Counted from the stretch's first letter, positions 41,462-54,652 are shown. The stretch: 64,000 bases of DNA from Octopus vulgaris (GCA_951406725.2 OX597814.1:123752001-123816000); one strand, 5' to 3'. The notes: generated by a model from the letters alone, not told the origin. Numbers and translations: made by a program.

Positions 41462-42607
41462 TACACATACATGCTTCTTTCTGTTTCTGTCTACCAAATC
41501 CACTTATAAGGCTTTGGTCAGCCTGAGTCTATCATAGAAGACAAAGTGTGACTGATACCAAGAACCATGTGGTTGGGAATCAAACTTCTTATCATATACC
41601 CATGCCTGTACCTACATATTTATATTTATCATGTACACACTTACATACACATATAGAAAATGTTAAAAACATTCCACAGAAGTCTGGAAATAAACAAAAA
41701 CAATGAAAGGAATAAAGTGTACAATTTTTTTTTACATTCCAGTAATTAATTCCAAAGTACATACTTACAATTATGTCAATATACAATAAAATGTATTCAT
41801 AAGCAGATTATCACAATCAAATTATTTGAAAAGAGATTATTACATATTCCAGAATATGATATCATACACAAAATACATTCTTATAATTAAATCATTTCAA
41901 GATTATGTATTCCAAAGTACATTTTTACATTCAAATCATTTCAAAACATTATTAACATTTCAAAGCACATAATTACAAAAATACATAATCAGATATTCCA
42001 AAGTACATAGTTCCAAACCGGTTTCACTTCTTATAGTTGATGTTCATTGCAGTGAAAGTAGGCAAGTGGCCAAGTAGTTAAGGTGTTGGATTCATTCTCA
42101 TAATTTGGTGATTACAACAATAACAACCACGATAGTAATGGTGGTAAGGAGATTGGTTGTGATGATAATGATAGTTGTAGAGCTGCTGGTGGTCATCATC
42201 ATCATCGTTTAATGTCCACTTTCCATGCTAGCATGGGTTGAACGATTTGACTGAGGACTGGCGAACCAGATGGCTGCACCAGGCTCCAATCTTGATCTGG
42301 CAGAGTTTCTACAGCTGGATGCCCTTCCTAACGCCAACCACTCTGAGAGTGTAGTGGGTGCTTTTACGTGCCACAGGTATGAGGGCCAGTCAGGCAGTAC
42401 TGGTAACAGCCATGCTCAAATGGTGTCTTTTTTTTACGTGCCACCTGCACAGGAGCCAGTCCAGCGGCACTGGCAACGATCTTGCTCAAATGTTTTTTCA
42501 TGTGCCAGTAATAATCATTGCTTATGTTTTTCCATTGCTGATTTTAAGACCAACTATTTGAGCTTCTGTTGCTAAAACTGGCGATCACATCTTTCATTAG
42601 TGTAGAT

Positions 42608-43043
42608 AGGCACAAGAGTGGCTGTGGGGTAAGTAGTTTGCTTACCAACCACATGGTTCTGGGTTCAGTCCCAATGTGTGGCACCTTGGGCAAATGTCTT
42701 CTACTATAACCTCTGGCTGACCAAAGCCTTGTGAGTGGATTTGGTAGATGGAAACTGAAAGAAGCCCATTGTATATATATATACATATATATATGTTTTG
42801 TGTGTGTGTGTGTGTGTATGTTTGTGTGTATATGTATGCTGTCTGTGTTTGTCCTCCCACCATCACTTGACAACTGATCCTGGTGTGTTTATGTCCCCAT
42901 AATGTAGCAGTTCAGCAAAAGAGACCAATAGAATGAGTACTAGGCTTACAAAGAATAAGTCCTGGGGGTCGATTTGCTCAACTAAAGGCAGTACTCCAGC
43001 ATGGACACAGTCAAATGATGGAAACAAGTGAAAGAATAAAAGA
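42608..43043 (+). mobile_element. SINE family A
   Basis: Full body match. Confidence 0.9.
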
Positions 43044-43079
43044 ATACACTACAGAGGAATCCCAGATTGATAGTGAAAC

Positions 43080-43740
43080 CAAAGTCTATGAGTTTTCTTT
43101 ATCCCCGTTTTGATGCAACATGCAATGAATTTATTCATGATGAACTCCACCATCAGTAGGAATGAAAAAAATAGGACAACATGCATCTTTACATCTCTGT
43201 AATAACGTCAAACCTCCCCATATTCCCATTTTAAATCCCGAGGAACAAGAAAATAGGACAGCATGCATCTTTACATCTCTGTAATAATGTCAAACCTCCT
43301 CATATTCCCATTTTAAATCCAGAGGAACAAAAAAAATAGGACAACATGCATCCTTACATCTCTGTAATAATGTCAAACCTCCCCATATTCCCATTTTAAA
43401 TCTCGAGGAACAAAAAAAATAGGACAACATGCATCCTTACATCTCTGTAATAATGTCAAACCTTTCCATATTCCCATTTTAAATCTTGATGCTATAACAT
43501 GTCTAATAAATCGATCATATGATGTTGATATCATAGGTGAGGGATTCCATACAGCATGGTGAACTTCCATACAAATAATTTGAGAATGCAGTGAAAGGTC
43601 TTCTTGAAGTTGATGGAGTTGATGTATCAACATGGAGCTGTTGGAATTTTAAAATCAGCTGAGAGATGTTGCAAAACATGAGGATGTCTTCACTGCAGGG
43701 TCTTCTGCCATTGAATCCCCAACCCTGTTCTTCTTATAAA
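43080..43740 (-). mobile_element. Old RTE-like RT relic containing a 4x ~83-bp tandem amplification (43165-43487)
   Basis: YINSINFKKTF..LYGIP and FDVITE..CMLS..FLLMVEFIM remnants; ataggac recurs at 43171, 43253, 43336 and 43419. Confidence 0.7.
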
Positions 43741-43811
43741 CGTTCACCAACTACTTTCTTCAGGTGAAGAACACTTTCCCCAGCATAAGAGCAGGATAAA
43801 CAGTCAAACAC

Positions 43812-43888
<77 letters not shown>

Positions 43889-44251
43889 TACACTGACACA
43901 TATACACAAGTATATACATACATTTATATATGTATACATGCATATAAGCATGCATGCTTACATACATTCATAGATACATGAATGCATGCATACATACATA
44001 CTTACCCATCTATACACATACATACACAGATACATCTTCAACATTTAACATCCATTTTCCATGCTGGCATGGGTTGGACAGCTTGACAGGAACTGGCAAG
44101 GCCAGGGGCTGCACCAGGTTCCATAGTCTGTTTCGTCTTGTGTTCTACAGCTGGATGCCCTTCCTAATGCCAACCACTTTACAGAGTGTACTGGGTGCTT
44201 TTTATGTAATACCATCAACAGTGATTTTTAATGTGGCACCAACACCAATGC

Positions 44252-44298
<47 letters not shown>

Positions 44299-44540
44299 GT
44301 ATAATAGAAAAAGGTTTCATAGAAAAAAGACTACATGTGGTATAAATAGGGGAAAAGTAAAAAGAAAGAAAATGCACATTAGGTATAAAAGTGATGACTT
44401 TTTTTTTTATAAAAACAAAGATATATACAAACAAATAAATGATTTGAGGCAGAATCAAGAAGTATAAAAATCATTATTATGAGTCAATACAGAAAGTCAT
44501 ACTGGTTTTTTTGTTTCTTTTTGCTTTTCCTCCACATATA

Positions 44541-44617
<77 letters not shown>

Positions 44618-44624
44618 TAATATA

Positions 44625-45052
44625 AATAATAACAGACGATGGATAATTGCCAGTTCATTACAACTGTTTCTTACTCATCTTTTCAAAAGAAGAATGAGAA
44701 TATTACTGTATTACAAAAACCCGTAATCATCAGATGAAACATAATTTTACAAACAAAAAGACTATTCCAAGAATACAGCAGGGGCGTGACTAAAGTTTGA
44801 TGAGATCAATTATGAAAAGGGAGAATGACCAATGGCCAACTTTGTTGGTCAGTCTCCCTTTACATAGTTGGCCTTGTCAAACTTTAGTCACATCCCTGCT
44901 GTAATCTTGGGATAGTCTTTTTGTTTGTAAAATTACGTTTCATCTGATAATTACGATTTTTTGTAATGGAGTAATATTCTCATTCTTCTATTAAAAAGAT
45001 GAGTAAGAAATGGCTGTAATGAGCTGTCAATTATCCATCGTCTGTTATTATT
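44625..45052. mobile_element. Fold-back element (arms about 208 bp, 12-nt loop) with a hammerhead motif in each arm
   Basis: Minus strand 44738-44654: TTCAT CTGATGA TTAC...GTAA GAAAC AGTT GTA ATGAA. Confidence 0.85.
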
Positions 45053-45504
45053 CATTTGATTATAATACACTGAGGGGATTTACGATTTGTTGGACACCTT
45101 AGAGAAGCATTTTTCAACTGGTGTTCTCCAGAACCCTAGGGTTCCACAAAAGTTTCCTAGGGGTTCTGTAAGAGTGAGATAAGCTAATGCTAATTTCATC
45201 AACATAATATTACTATACATGCACAACATATTATTGGTTATTGTAATATAGACATCATCCTATGTAACCTATTATGCTATCAAAAGATACTCTCTCTTTT
45301 TATTTTCTCTCTCTGTTTATTTCTGTGTTTCTTTCTGTTGAAGAGAGTAGGCTCAAAATGTTAAAGACTTTCTCACTTCCTGAGTGTTAAACTAATACAT
45401 CTGTTTGTTGTTTACATATCCATCTTTGTCTTTTGTTTTGTTTGTTTTTTGTAAATATATATATATATGAGGTAGTTTTGTGCCATTTAGCATCTTCTTT
45501 CAGT

Positions 45505-46271
45505 AAACAAAAATATCCTGTTGTTAATGTTGAAATTCCAATGAAGGAGCCTTGGATCCTCCTCCTCCTCCTCGTTTAACTTCTGCTTTCCTTGCTGGTA
45601 TGGGTTGGATGGTTCAACTGGGGTCTTGGAAGCCAGGAGGCTGCACCAGGCTCCAATCTGATCTGGCAGTGTTTCTACAGCTGGATGCCCTTCCTAACGC
45701 CAACCACTCCAAGAGCGTAGTGGGAGGTTTTTATGTGCCACCAGAACAAGGGCCAGAGGAGGCTGGCAATGGCCATGGGAGCCAGTCAAGTGGTGCTGGC
45801 ATCAGCCACAACTACAATTTCCATTTGATTGTGGTTTGATTTGATTTTGATATTGATGCTGATGTACTCTAGGTTAGAAACCAGTTCTTTTTCAATGGGC
45901 AAGAAATCTGGAAATAAAACTGAATAAGGACATACATAGATCCGATCCAAAGCTGGAGCTGTAAAAATCTGTAAAATTTTCCAGAAGTTTAACATTTAAA
46001 TATATATGAGCATATCTAGATATGCAATTATATGCATGAGAATACATAAAGCAAAACATACAAATCTGCACATATATATACATACATATATATACATACA
46101 CACATACATACATGCATGCATGTATATAGACATGCATTTATACATATATAGATACAAACAAAAATACTCTGTTGATGTTGAAATTCCAATGAAGGAGCCT
46201 CGGATTTAGGTTGGAAACTAGCTCTTTCTCTATTGGCAAGAAATCAAGAAATAAAGCTGAACAATGATGTT

Positions 46272-46319
<48 letters not shown>

Positions 46320-46858
46320 CATTGATACATACATACGTACATCCAATCCATCACTGGAATGGTAAAAATCTGTAAAACTTTCCAGAAGTTTAGCATTTAA
46401 ATATATATGAGCATGTCTAGATATGCAACTATATGCATGAGAATACATACATAAAACATAAAAATCTGCACATACATGCATACATAACATCCATCCATCC
46501 ATCCATCCATCCATACATACATACATACATACATGCATACATACATTTTTCAAAATGTAACCACATGTAAATCGTTGGCTATTTTCTTTCTCCATCTTCC
46601 CTTCTATTGGACTGTCCTCTGTTTCCGAAGAAGAGAGTCTGCTCGAAATGTTAAACCATCTTTCTTTCGTTCCCTGAGCATCTACTAATACTTTACATGT
46701 ACCACGTCCTCACGTTGTTGTTTTTTATGTTTGTTCTTCTACATACATACATTTTTCCATACAAACAAAAATACCCTATTGTTGATGCTGAAATTCCAAT
46801 GAAGGAGCCTTTCTTTCTCTATTGGTAAGAAATCTAGAAATAAAACTGATCACCGACA

Positions 46859-46893
<35 letters not shown>

Positions 46894-47565
46894 CAAATAA
46901 AATTAAAAACAGAACACAAAGGATATCGCGGTACACGTGTTTCATGCTTTATAAACAATCCATTATTACATCAGTGTATTATTGATATAAAAGATGGTTT
47001 AAAGTTCTCTTCAGCGGCAACCATTGTTAGTCCAAAGAATTACATCACAATATAAAAAATATGGAAAGAACATATAGTATTACTCATTATAATAGGTATA
47101 TCATATCTCTCTGAGAAAGTCTATTTGTAAAAATTTCCTAACTGTATAACTGTATAAAGATTCATTGGATTTCGAAAATCTGCCCATACTGTATCACCAC
47201 TCAATACAGTTAGGAAATTTTACAACTACACTTTTTCAAGGAGATATGATAGACCTATTATAATGGGCAATACTACATGTACTTTTCATACTTTTTATAT
47301 ATTGTGATGTAATTCTTTGGACTAACAATGTTTGCGGCTGAAGAGAGCTTTAAACCATCTTTTATATCAATAATACACTGATGTAATAATGGATTGTTTA
47401 TAAAGCATGAAACACATGTGCTGCAATATTCTTTGTGGTCTGTTTTTAATTTTATTTGATATATTCTCCCTCACCTCTGCCACTATCTGGCATATACAGG
47501 TGCCTACACTTATCAAGTATTCACCCTAAATTTACAGTACATACATACATACATACATACATACA

Positions 47566-47600
<35 letters not shown>

Positions 47601-47781
47601 CCATCACTGGAACTGTAAAAATCTGTAAAAATTTCCAGAAGTTTAGCATTTAAATATATATGAGCATGTCTAGATATTCAACTATATGCATGAGAATACA
47701 TACGTAAAACATATAAATCTGCACATACATGCATACATACATACATACATACATACATACATACATACATACATACATACA

Positions 47782-47815
<34 letters not shown>

Positions 47816-47935
47816 CATACATGAAAAATACCCTGTTGTTGATGTTGAAATTACAATAAAGGAGCCTTGGATTTAGGTTAGAAACTGGCTCTTTCTCTAT
47901 TGGCAAGAAATCTAGAAATAAAACTGAACAAAGAC
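45505..47935 (+). repeat. Interrupted tandem array of a ~340-bp unit with a hammerhead-like motif
   Basis: gttgaaattccaatgaaggagccttggat.taggtt.gaaac..g.tctttc near 45530, 46178, 46788 (deleted) and 47844; second half gtaaaaatctgtaaa...atgcatgagaataca near 45961, 46362 and 47615. Confidence 0.85.
46891..47461. mobile_element. Fold-back element (arms about 255 bp) with a hammerhead motif in each arm
   Basis: Arm consensus GCGG CTGAAGA GAGCTTT...AAAGCAT GAAAC ACGT GTA CCGC. Confidence 0.85.
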
Positions 47936-49211
47936 ATACATACAAACATACATATGTATACAGCACACACTGCTACATTTCTGATCCACCCAATATTTGA
48001 TGTGGTTCAAATAAATATTTGACAAACACTCACAATGAAAGTTAAGTACATCTGATATAGTTATAACTGGATTTATAGGGTATTCGACACATACCCCAGG
48101 TGGTAGTTTTAAGGGTAGCTTTATCATTGAAAACTTTAATCAATATCTTAACACTATATGTTGAACTATTTTACTGTTGAGGGTGGGGGATGTGTTGCTG
48201 TTGTTGTTGTTATTGTTGTAGCAGTTGTTATTTTTTTCCTTTTAAGTAAATATTTATTTACACTAGCATAATTATATTTATGTAGGGTGGGTCAGATTTG
48301 TACCAGTATGTGGCATGTATGTATGTGCGTCTGTATGTATGTCTGTATGTATGTGTGCGTGTGTGTGCGTGTATATGTGTGTGTGTGTGTGCATGTATGT
48401 ATGTATGCATGTCTGTATGTATGTAAGTATGCATTTACGTATGTATTTATGTATGTATCTATGTGTGCGTATGTATGTATATATGTATGTATGCAGGTAT
48501 GTATCTATGTATGTATGTACATATATATGTATGCACATATTCACTTATGTATGTTTGTAGGTGTCTATATGTATGTGTGTGTGCATGAGCTTATGTATGT
48601 GTGTATGCATGTATGTATTCACGTATGTATACATGCATGTATGTGTGTGTATATGTGTGCATGTGTGTATGTACATATATATATGTGTATAAGAATGTAT
48701 TTACGTATGTATGTTTATATATTCAGAAGTGATATTAATATTTGTAGACTTACAAAAAACTTCCAATTAGATCAAAAATTCTTTAAGTACCATAACTGCA
48801 TGGTACCCCACCGCAGATGATTTGCACCATTACAATACATTTCCCAGATCTCAGAGCCACCATTTTTGCCCTTGATGGTAAAAATGGAACTGTGATGCAA
48901 TTGCCAGAATTCTTGAAGGAGATACTTTAGAACTCTTTCTTTTTTTCACCATTGTCCTTGATTATGTACTTCAAGTATTTACAACAAACAGTAAAAGTCT
49001 TCTAGTTACTCCAGGGCAATCTTCATGCTGTTTATCCAAACAAACTCTTTCATGTTCAACCCAGTGCATTCTGGAAAAAGTGGTTGGTATTAGGAAGGGC
49101 ATCCAGCTGTAGAAACTGAGCCCAAACAGATTACAGAACCCGGTGTGGGCCCTGGACTTGCCAGCTCCTGTCAAACTGTCCAAGTCATGCTAGCATGGAA
49201 AATGGATGTTA

Positions 49212-49652
49212 AATGATGATGATGATGATGAGGAGGAGGAGGATGTGTAGGAGGATGAAGAAGTAGAGGAGAATGAGAATTAGGATGATGAAGATGATGA
49301 GGATGTTTGTAGGAAGATGAGGAAGAAGAAGAGAATGAGAATTAGGATGATGATGATGAGGAGGAGGAGTATGATGTGTAGGAAGATGAGGAAGAAGAGG
49401 AGAATGAGAATTAGGATGATGAGGATGAGGATGAGAAGGTACTTGAGGATGAGGATGAGGAAGGAGAGGATGAAAAGGAAGAGGGTAGGGAAGAGGATCA
49501 GGAAGATGATGATGATGCTGATGAAGAGGAGGAGGAGGAGGATGTGGATGAGAAGGCACTTGAGGATGAGGATGATGAAGAAGAGGATGAAAAGGATGTG
49601 GGTGAGGAAGAGGATCAGGAAGATGATGATGATGATGATGACAATGATGATG
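49212..49652. repeat. GAT/GAG low-complexity tract with higher-order repeats
   Basis: gagaatgagaattaggatgatg occurs three times; gagaagg.acttgaggatgaggatg twice. Confidence 0.85.
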
Positions 49653-49942
49653 TTTGTGTGTAAGAAGAGACTGGCATCTTCATATATAAGGTGTGGGTGG
49701 GAGAAAATTAGAGGTGATGTGTGGTAGTGAAGTATGGACAATAATTGTTTACACAGTCTGTATCATCCATCACAGGATGTTCCCAGACTCCAGTGTTTAT
49801 ATCTCCCACAGAATATCCTTATTGATAGCAGTGAGTTTGAACCATGTTCCTACTGATTACAAAGTGAACTTCTTGACCGCTCAGTGATTCATGTGCTCTA
49901 CACACACACATACATGTGTGTGTGTGTGTGTGTGTGTGAATG

Positions 49943-50071
<129 letters not shown>

Positions 50072-50419
50072 GTCTGTCTGTCTGTCTGTCTGTCTATTTG
50101 TCTGCCTGCCAGCCTGTCTGTCTGTCTATCTCCACATATTATATACATACATACATATATATGTATATACATACGTGTGTGTGAGTGTGTGTGTATACAT
50201 TCTATGCAAATATAGGTTCCTACATTTTTCCCTACCTTATACCTGCACCAAATATGACACTAACTAGAACCTTCCTAACTTCTTTCCCTGGTATTTCTCT
50301 TCATATACCACCCTCTGACAATCACCACCACCACCACCACCACCACCACCACCACCACCACCACCACCACCACCACCACCACCACCACCACCACCACCAC
50401 CACCACCACCACCACCACC

Positions 50420-50477
<58 letters not shown>

Positions 50478-50593
50478 CCACAGTTACTAATATCTCTCGA
50501 CCCTTTCCCTTACCATATCTCTACCACTGACCTATTACCTACTTACTTAAGACCCCCACCTTTGCAACCTCCGCACAAACACACATGTACACA

Positions 50594-50629
<36 letters not shown>

Positions 50630-51008
50630 CGCAACAGATCCACCAAAGTCATCACCCCTATGCCAACCACTACCTCTCGTACACCCAATTGCATACCTAC
50701 ACCCATTTACTATGTACCACTAGACAATCTTTGCCGCCCCCCCCCACCGCGCCACCATGCCGCCGCCACCACCACCACCACTACCACCACCACCACCACC
50801 ACCACCATCATCACGACCACCAATATGTCTTATCTGAGATATTTCTGTTGTCAAGCTAACAGTGTCTACTATTGTTTTGTGTGTATGGATTTGTGTATGC
50901 GCATGCGGGTACATGAGTATGTGTGTGGTTGTAGTGGTAGTAGTATTACTGGTAGTTCTTGTCATGAGAACATTGAAAAATTGGTGTTGAGAGTTTGAGG
51001 GTCCCAGT

Positions 51009-51206
51009 ATGGCATTTAGCAGAAGATATTCTTTAAAAGAGAGTTCAGACCAGAAGCCAACCTTGCTTACTCGACTTCATCGCAGACTCAGCCTACCGAG
51101 AAAATATGCCTCAAAGAAGAAACGGAAAATATCAGAGGCTTCTATTAATTCTTTGGATCAACCTTTCTCGGATTCTGATTTTCAAAGGTCTCATCAGTTG
51201 TCAGAG
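51009..51206 (+). CDS. Putative first coding exon of an unidentified host gene (66 aa)
   Basis: Non-repetitive protein-like sequence MAFSRRYSLKESSDQKPTLLTRLHRRLSLPRKYASKKKRKISEAS...HQLSE; AGTATGG start context; phase-0 donor GAG|GTAATG, after which composition becomes GT-rich. Confidence 0.55.
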
Positions 51207-51344
51207 GTAATGACCATTTATTGTAGTATTGGTTCTGGTATTATACTGGTAGTGGTGTTGTTGTGTGTGTGTTGTTGTGTTGTGGTTGAATGTGCTTGGA
51301 GAATTTTTAGTGTTTGTGGTAGGGATATATTGGTGCTGATGGTA

Positions 51345-51555
51345 CGAAGAGGTGTTGAAAAGTTCCTGGCTTTGGGTAAAAGAAAATACAGGAGGATCAG
51401 TCAATTATGATTTTTGTTCAACATATTCCCCTCTCAGATTCACACACTTATTGCAGCAGCCCTTCAGTTTGTCTAAGCCCTGTAAAAGAACTTGGAGTCC
51501 CAACCAGACCTTTTGTGACTCCCTTAAAATCAGGAACTTCTCAGCACCCCCTTCG
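51345..51555 (-). mobile_element. Mariner-derived MITE (211 bp)
   Basis: TA|cgaagaggtgttgaaaagttcctg...caggaacttctcagcacccccttcg|TA; keeps the transposase tail CNKCVNLRGEYVE. Confidence 0.85.
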
Positions 51556-51561
51556 TATGTA

Positions 51562-51598
<37 letters not shown>

Positions 51599-51621
51599 TA
51601 GAGCATTATGACAATATGATG

Positions 51622-51665
<44 letters not shown>

Positions 51666-51685
51666 ATGTGAATCTTTTAAAGATT

Positions 51686-51981
51686 CAATATGTGACCGTG
51701 TGTGTATCGTTGGCGATTTTTTTTCCTCCGTCTTCCCTTCCTTGGATCTTTCCATTTTCTATGTTTCTGATGAAGAGCTTCGCTCGAAACGTTAAATCCT
51801 CCTTCTTTCTTTCCTTTCCTGAGCGTCCAATAACACTATACTTGTTCCATGTCCTCACATTGTTGTGTTTTCTCTTTGTGTTTTCATGTTTGGATTAACT
51901 TTATACACACACACACACACATATATACACACACATATACATACATACATATATATATGTATATATATATATGTATATATA

Positions 51982-52042
<61 letters not shown>

Positions 52043-52424
52043 TATATATATATATATGTGACATTTCTCTTAAAAGTCTCCAGACCAGTATATATATATA
52101 TATATGTGAACTTTTTCAGCACCCCCTACATAGATATGGTGGTGGTGTGTCATAGTACATTAATGGCGCTGGATGTAGTAGTGTGTGGGTGGAGAATAAC
52201 GGCATGTTTGTGTTGGATATAGCAGCGTGGAGGTGGTATTACTTTGGCAGTGGTTCACTTGGTCCCTGAAGTGAATCTTCTAACATGGAACAAGCCTATT
52301 TTATGGGTTTGGAGAAGGTAAATAAATATATAAATTGACATAATATAATGTCTAAACGTTGATGAACCACCTATTGATCCCCTCCATTTTCTTATTGCTC
52401 TTTCTCTGTCTGTCTGTCTGTCTG

Positions 52425-52496
<72 letters not shown>

Positions 52497-52708
52497 GTTA
52501 ATCCAAACAAGAAAGCACAAAAAAACACAACAATATGAAGACGTGGAACAAATATAGTATTATTGGACGCTCAGGAAAGAAAGAAAGAAGGAGGGTTTAA
52601 CGTTTCGAGTGGAGCTCTTCGTCGGAAACATAGGAGAAGGAAAGATCCAGAGAAGGGAAGATAGAGGAAAAAAATCGCCAACGGTACAGACGAGGTCACA
52701 TTTTGAAA
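51686..52708. mobile_element. Inverted pair of ~215-bp hammerhead-bearing repeats (Penelope pLTR-like)
   Basis: 51686-51903 is the reverse complement of 52491-52708; third copy at 46562-46745; related copies at about 40800-40965 and 45290-45455. Confidence 0.8.
51762..51797 (+). ncRNA. Minimal hammerhead ribozyme motif
   Basis: TTT CTGATGA A GAGC TTC GCTC GAAAC GTT AAA with palindromic AACGTT. Confidence 0.75.
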
Positions 52709-52730
52709 AGGGAAAATATATATATACATA

Positions 52731-52766
<36 letters not shown>

Positions 52767-52814
52767 TGTATGTATGTATGTATGTATGTATGTATGTATG
52801 TGTGTGTGTGTGTG

Positions 52815-53385
52815 TCACAGAGACAATGACAAATGACTGAGACCTTTGGAATTATGCCATGCTTGAGAAGAAGACTCCCTCAAGCCAAGTGAAACATAGT
52901 CATGGAATATACTGGGGCCACACAACTGGCACCCATGCCAGTGGCATGCAAAAGCACACATTGCACTCTCAGAATGGAAGGCATTAGGAAGGGCATCCAG
53001 ACATAGAAACCATGCCAAATCAAACTGGGATCTGGTTCAGCCCCTTCAGCTTACCAGCTCTGGTCAAACTGTCCAACCCATGACAGTGTCGACGATGGAT
53101 GTTAAATGATGATGCATTTTCCATGCTAGCATGGGTCGGATAGTTCGACCGGGGTCTGGGAAGCCAGGAGGCTGCACCAGGCTCCAGTCTGATTTGGCAG
53201 TGTTTCTACAGCTGGATGCCCTTCCTAACGCCAACCACGCTGTGAGTATAGTGAGTGCTTTTTACGTGCCACCGGCACAAGGGCCAGAGGGGGCTGGCAA
53301 ATGGCCATGATCAGTTGGTGCTTTTATGTGTCACCGACACGGACGCCACTCAGGCAGCGCTGGCATCTGCTATGTTTGGACGGTG
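52815..53385. mobile_element. Two RTE 3' ends in tail-to-tail orientation
   Basis: Plus copy ends gttaaatgatgatg near 53114 and is immediately followed by a minus copy cattttccatgctagcatgg. Confidence 0.8.
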
Positions 53386-53419
53386 AAGATGATAGTAATA
53401 AACACACACATACACATAT

Positions 53420-53888
53420 TCTTTTAATTTTATTTGCTTCAGCCATTTGACTGTGGCCATGCTGGAGCACCACTTTTATGAATTTATTCATGAATTTGTG
53501 TTTACTCTCTCTACTCATTTTACTGTTTTACATGTTTCATGCTGGAGCACCGCCTTCAATCGAGCAAATCGACCCCAGAACGTATTCTTTGTAAGCCTAG
53601 TACTTATTCTATCGATCCCTTTTGCTGAACCACTAAGTTACAGGGACGTAAACACACCAGCATTGGTTGTCAAACGATGTTGAGGGGTTAAACACAGACA
53701 CACAAACACACATACACACATATATATACATATACATATATACAATGGGCTTCCTTCAGTTTCCGTCTACCAAATCCACTCACAAGGCTTTGGTCGGCCT
53801 GAGGCTATAGTAGAAGACACTTGCCCAAGGTGCCACGCAATAAACTGAACCTGGAACCATGTGGTTGGTAAGCAAGCTACTTACCACG
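53420..53888 (-). mobile_element. SINE family A with partial tail duplication
   Basis: catgctggagcacc occurs twice; full head to 53888. Confidence 0.85.
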
Positions 53889-54299
53889 TGTATATTGTGT
53901 GTGTGTTGTAGTGTTGTTGATCTTGATTAGATCCAAGTCAGCACTGATTGAGATCTATGACCAAAAGCGTTCCACCTATGACCAACCCAATTCAATGGCT
54001 AATGTATCCTTCCTTTTTTTTCATGAGGTTAAGGAATAATTTGGGGGTGATTTTGCTGTGATTTCTAGCAGGTTGAGCAACGACATTGAGCCATCCTTTT
54101 TGGCTTGAAGCTTGATGTGTGATGTCATATGTTGGTGACTGCATGAGTGTTAGGGAATCTCTGAATGTTTAGGAAACTAATGTTGTTTGTCTCTATGCTG
54201 TGTGTGTGTTCCTCTGTTTGTGTGTTTATAGACATTATATGTGTATGAAAGTGTATAGAAAAATGTATGTGTATGGAAGTCATGTCTGAATGAGAGTAC

Positions 54300-54346
<47 letters not shown>

Positions 54347-54534
54347 ATCATAGGAGATTATGTGTGTTTGGATATATGGCTACTACTTGATGGTGTGTTA
54401 TTTCTTTACAGTTTTTTTTGGGAACAGAAGTATGTGTGTGTGTGTGTGTGTGAATGGGGGGTAATTTGGGGTAGGGGTCATGCACTTGTATTTATATTTA
54501 TGTATTAGGCTGTCATTATGGAAAACATGTGTAT

Positions 54535-54617
54535 GAATGTCATATATATATGTATATATATGTGTATATATATGTACATTTGTATGTATTTATACATGCA
54601 TACATACATACATGCAT

Positions 54618-54652
<35 letters not shown>

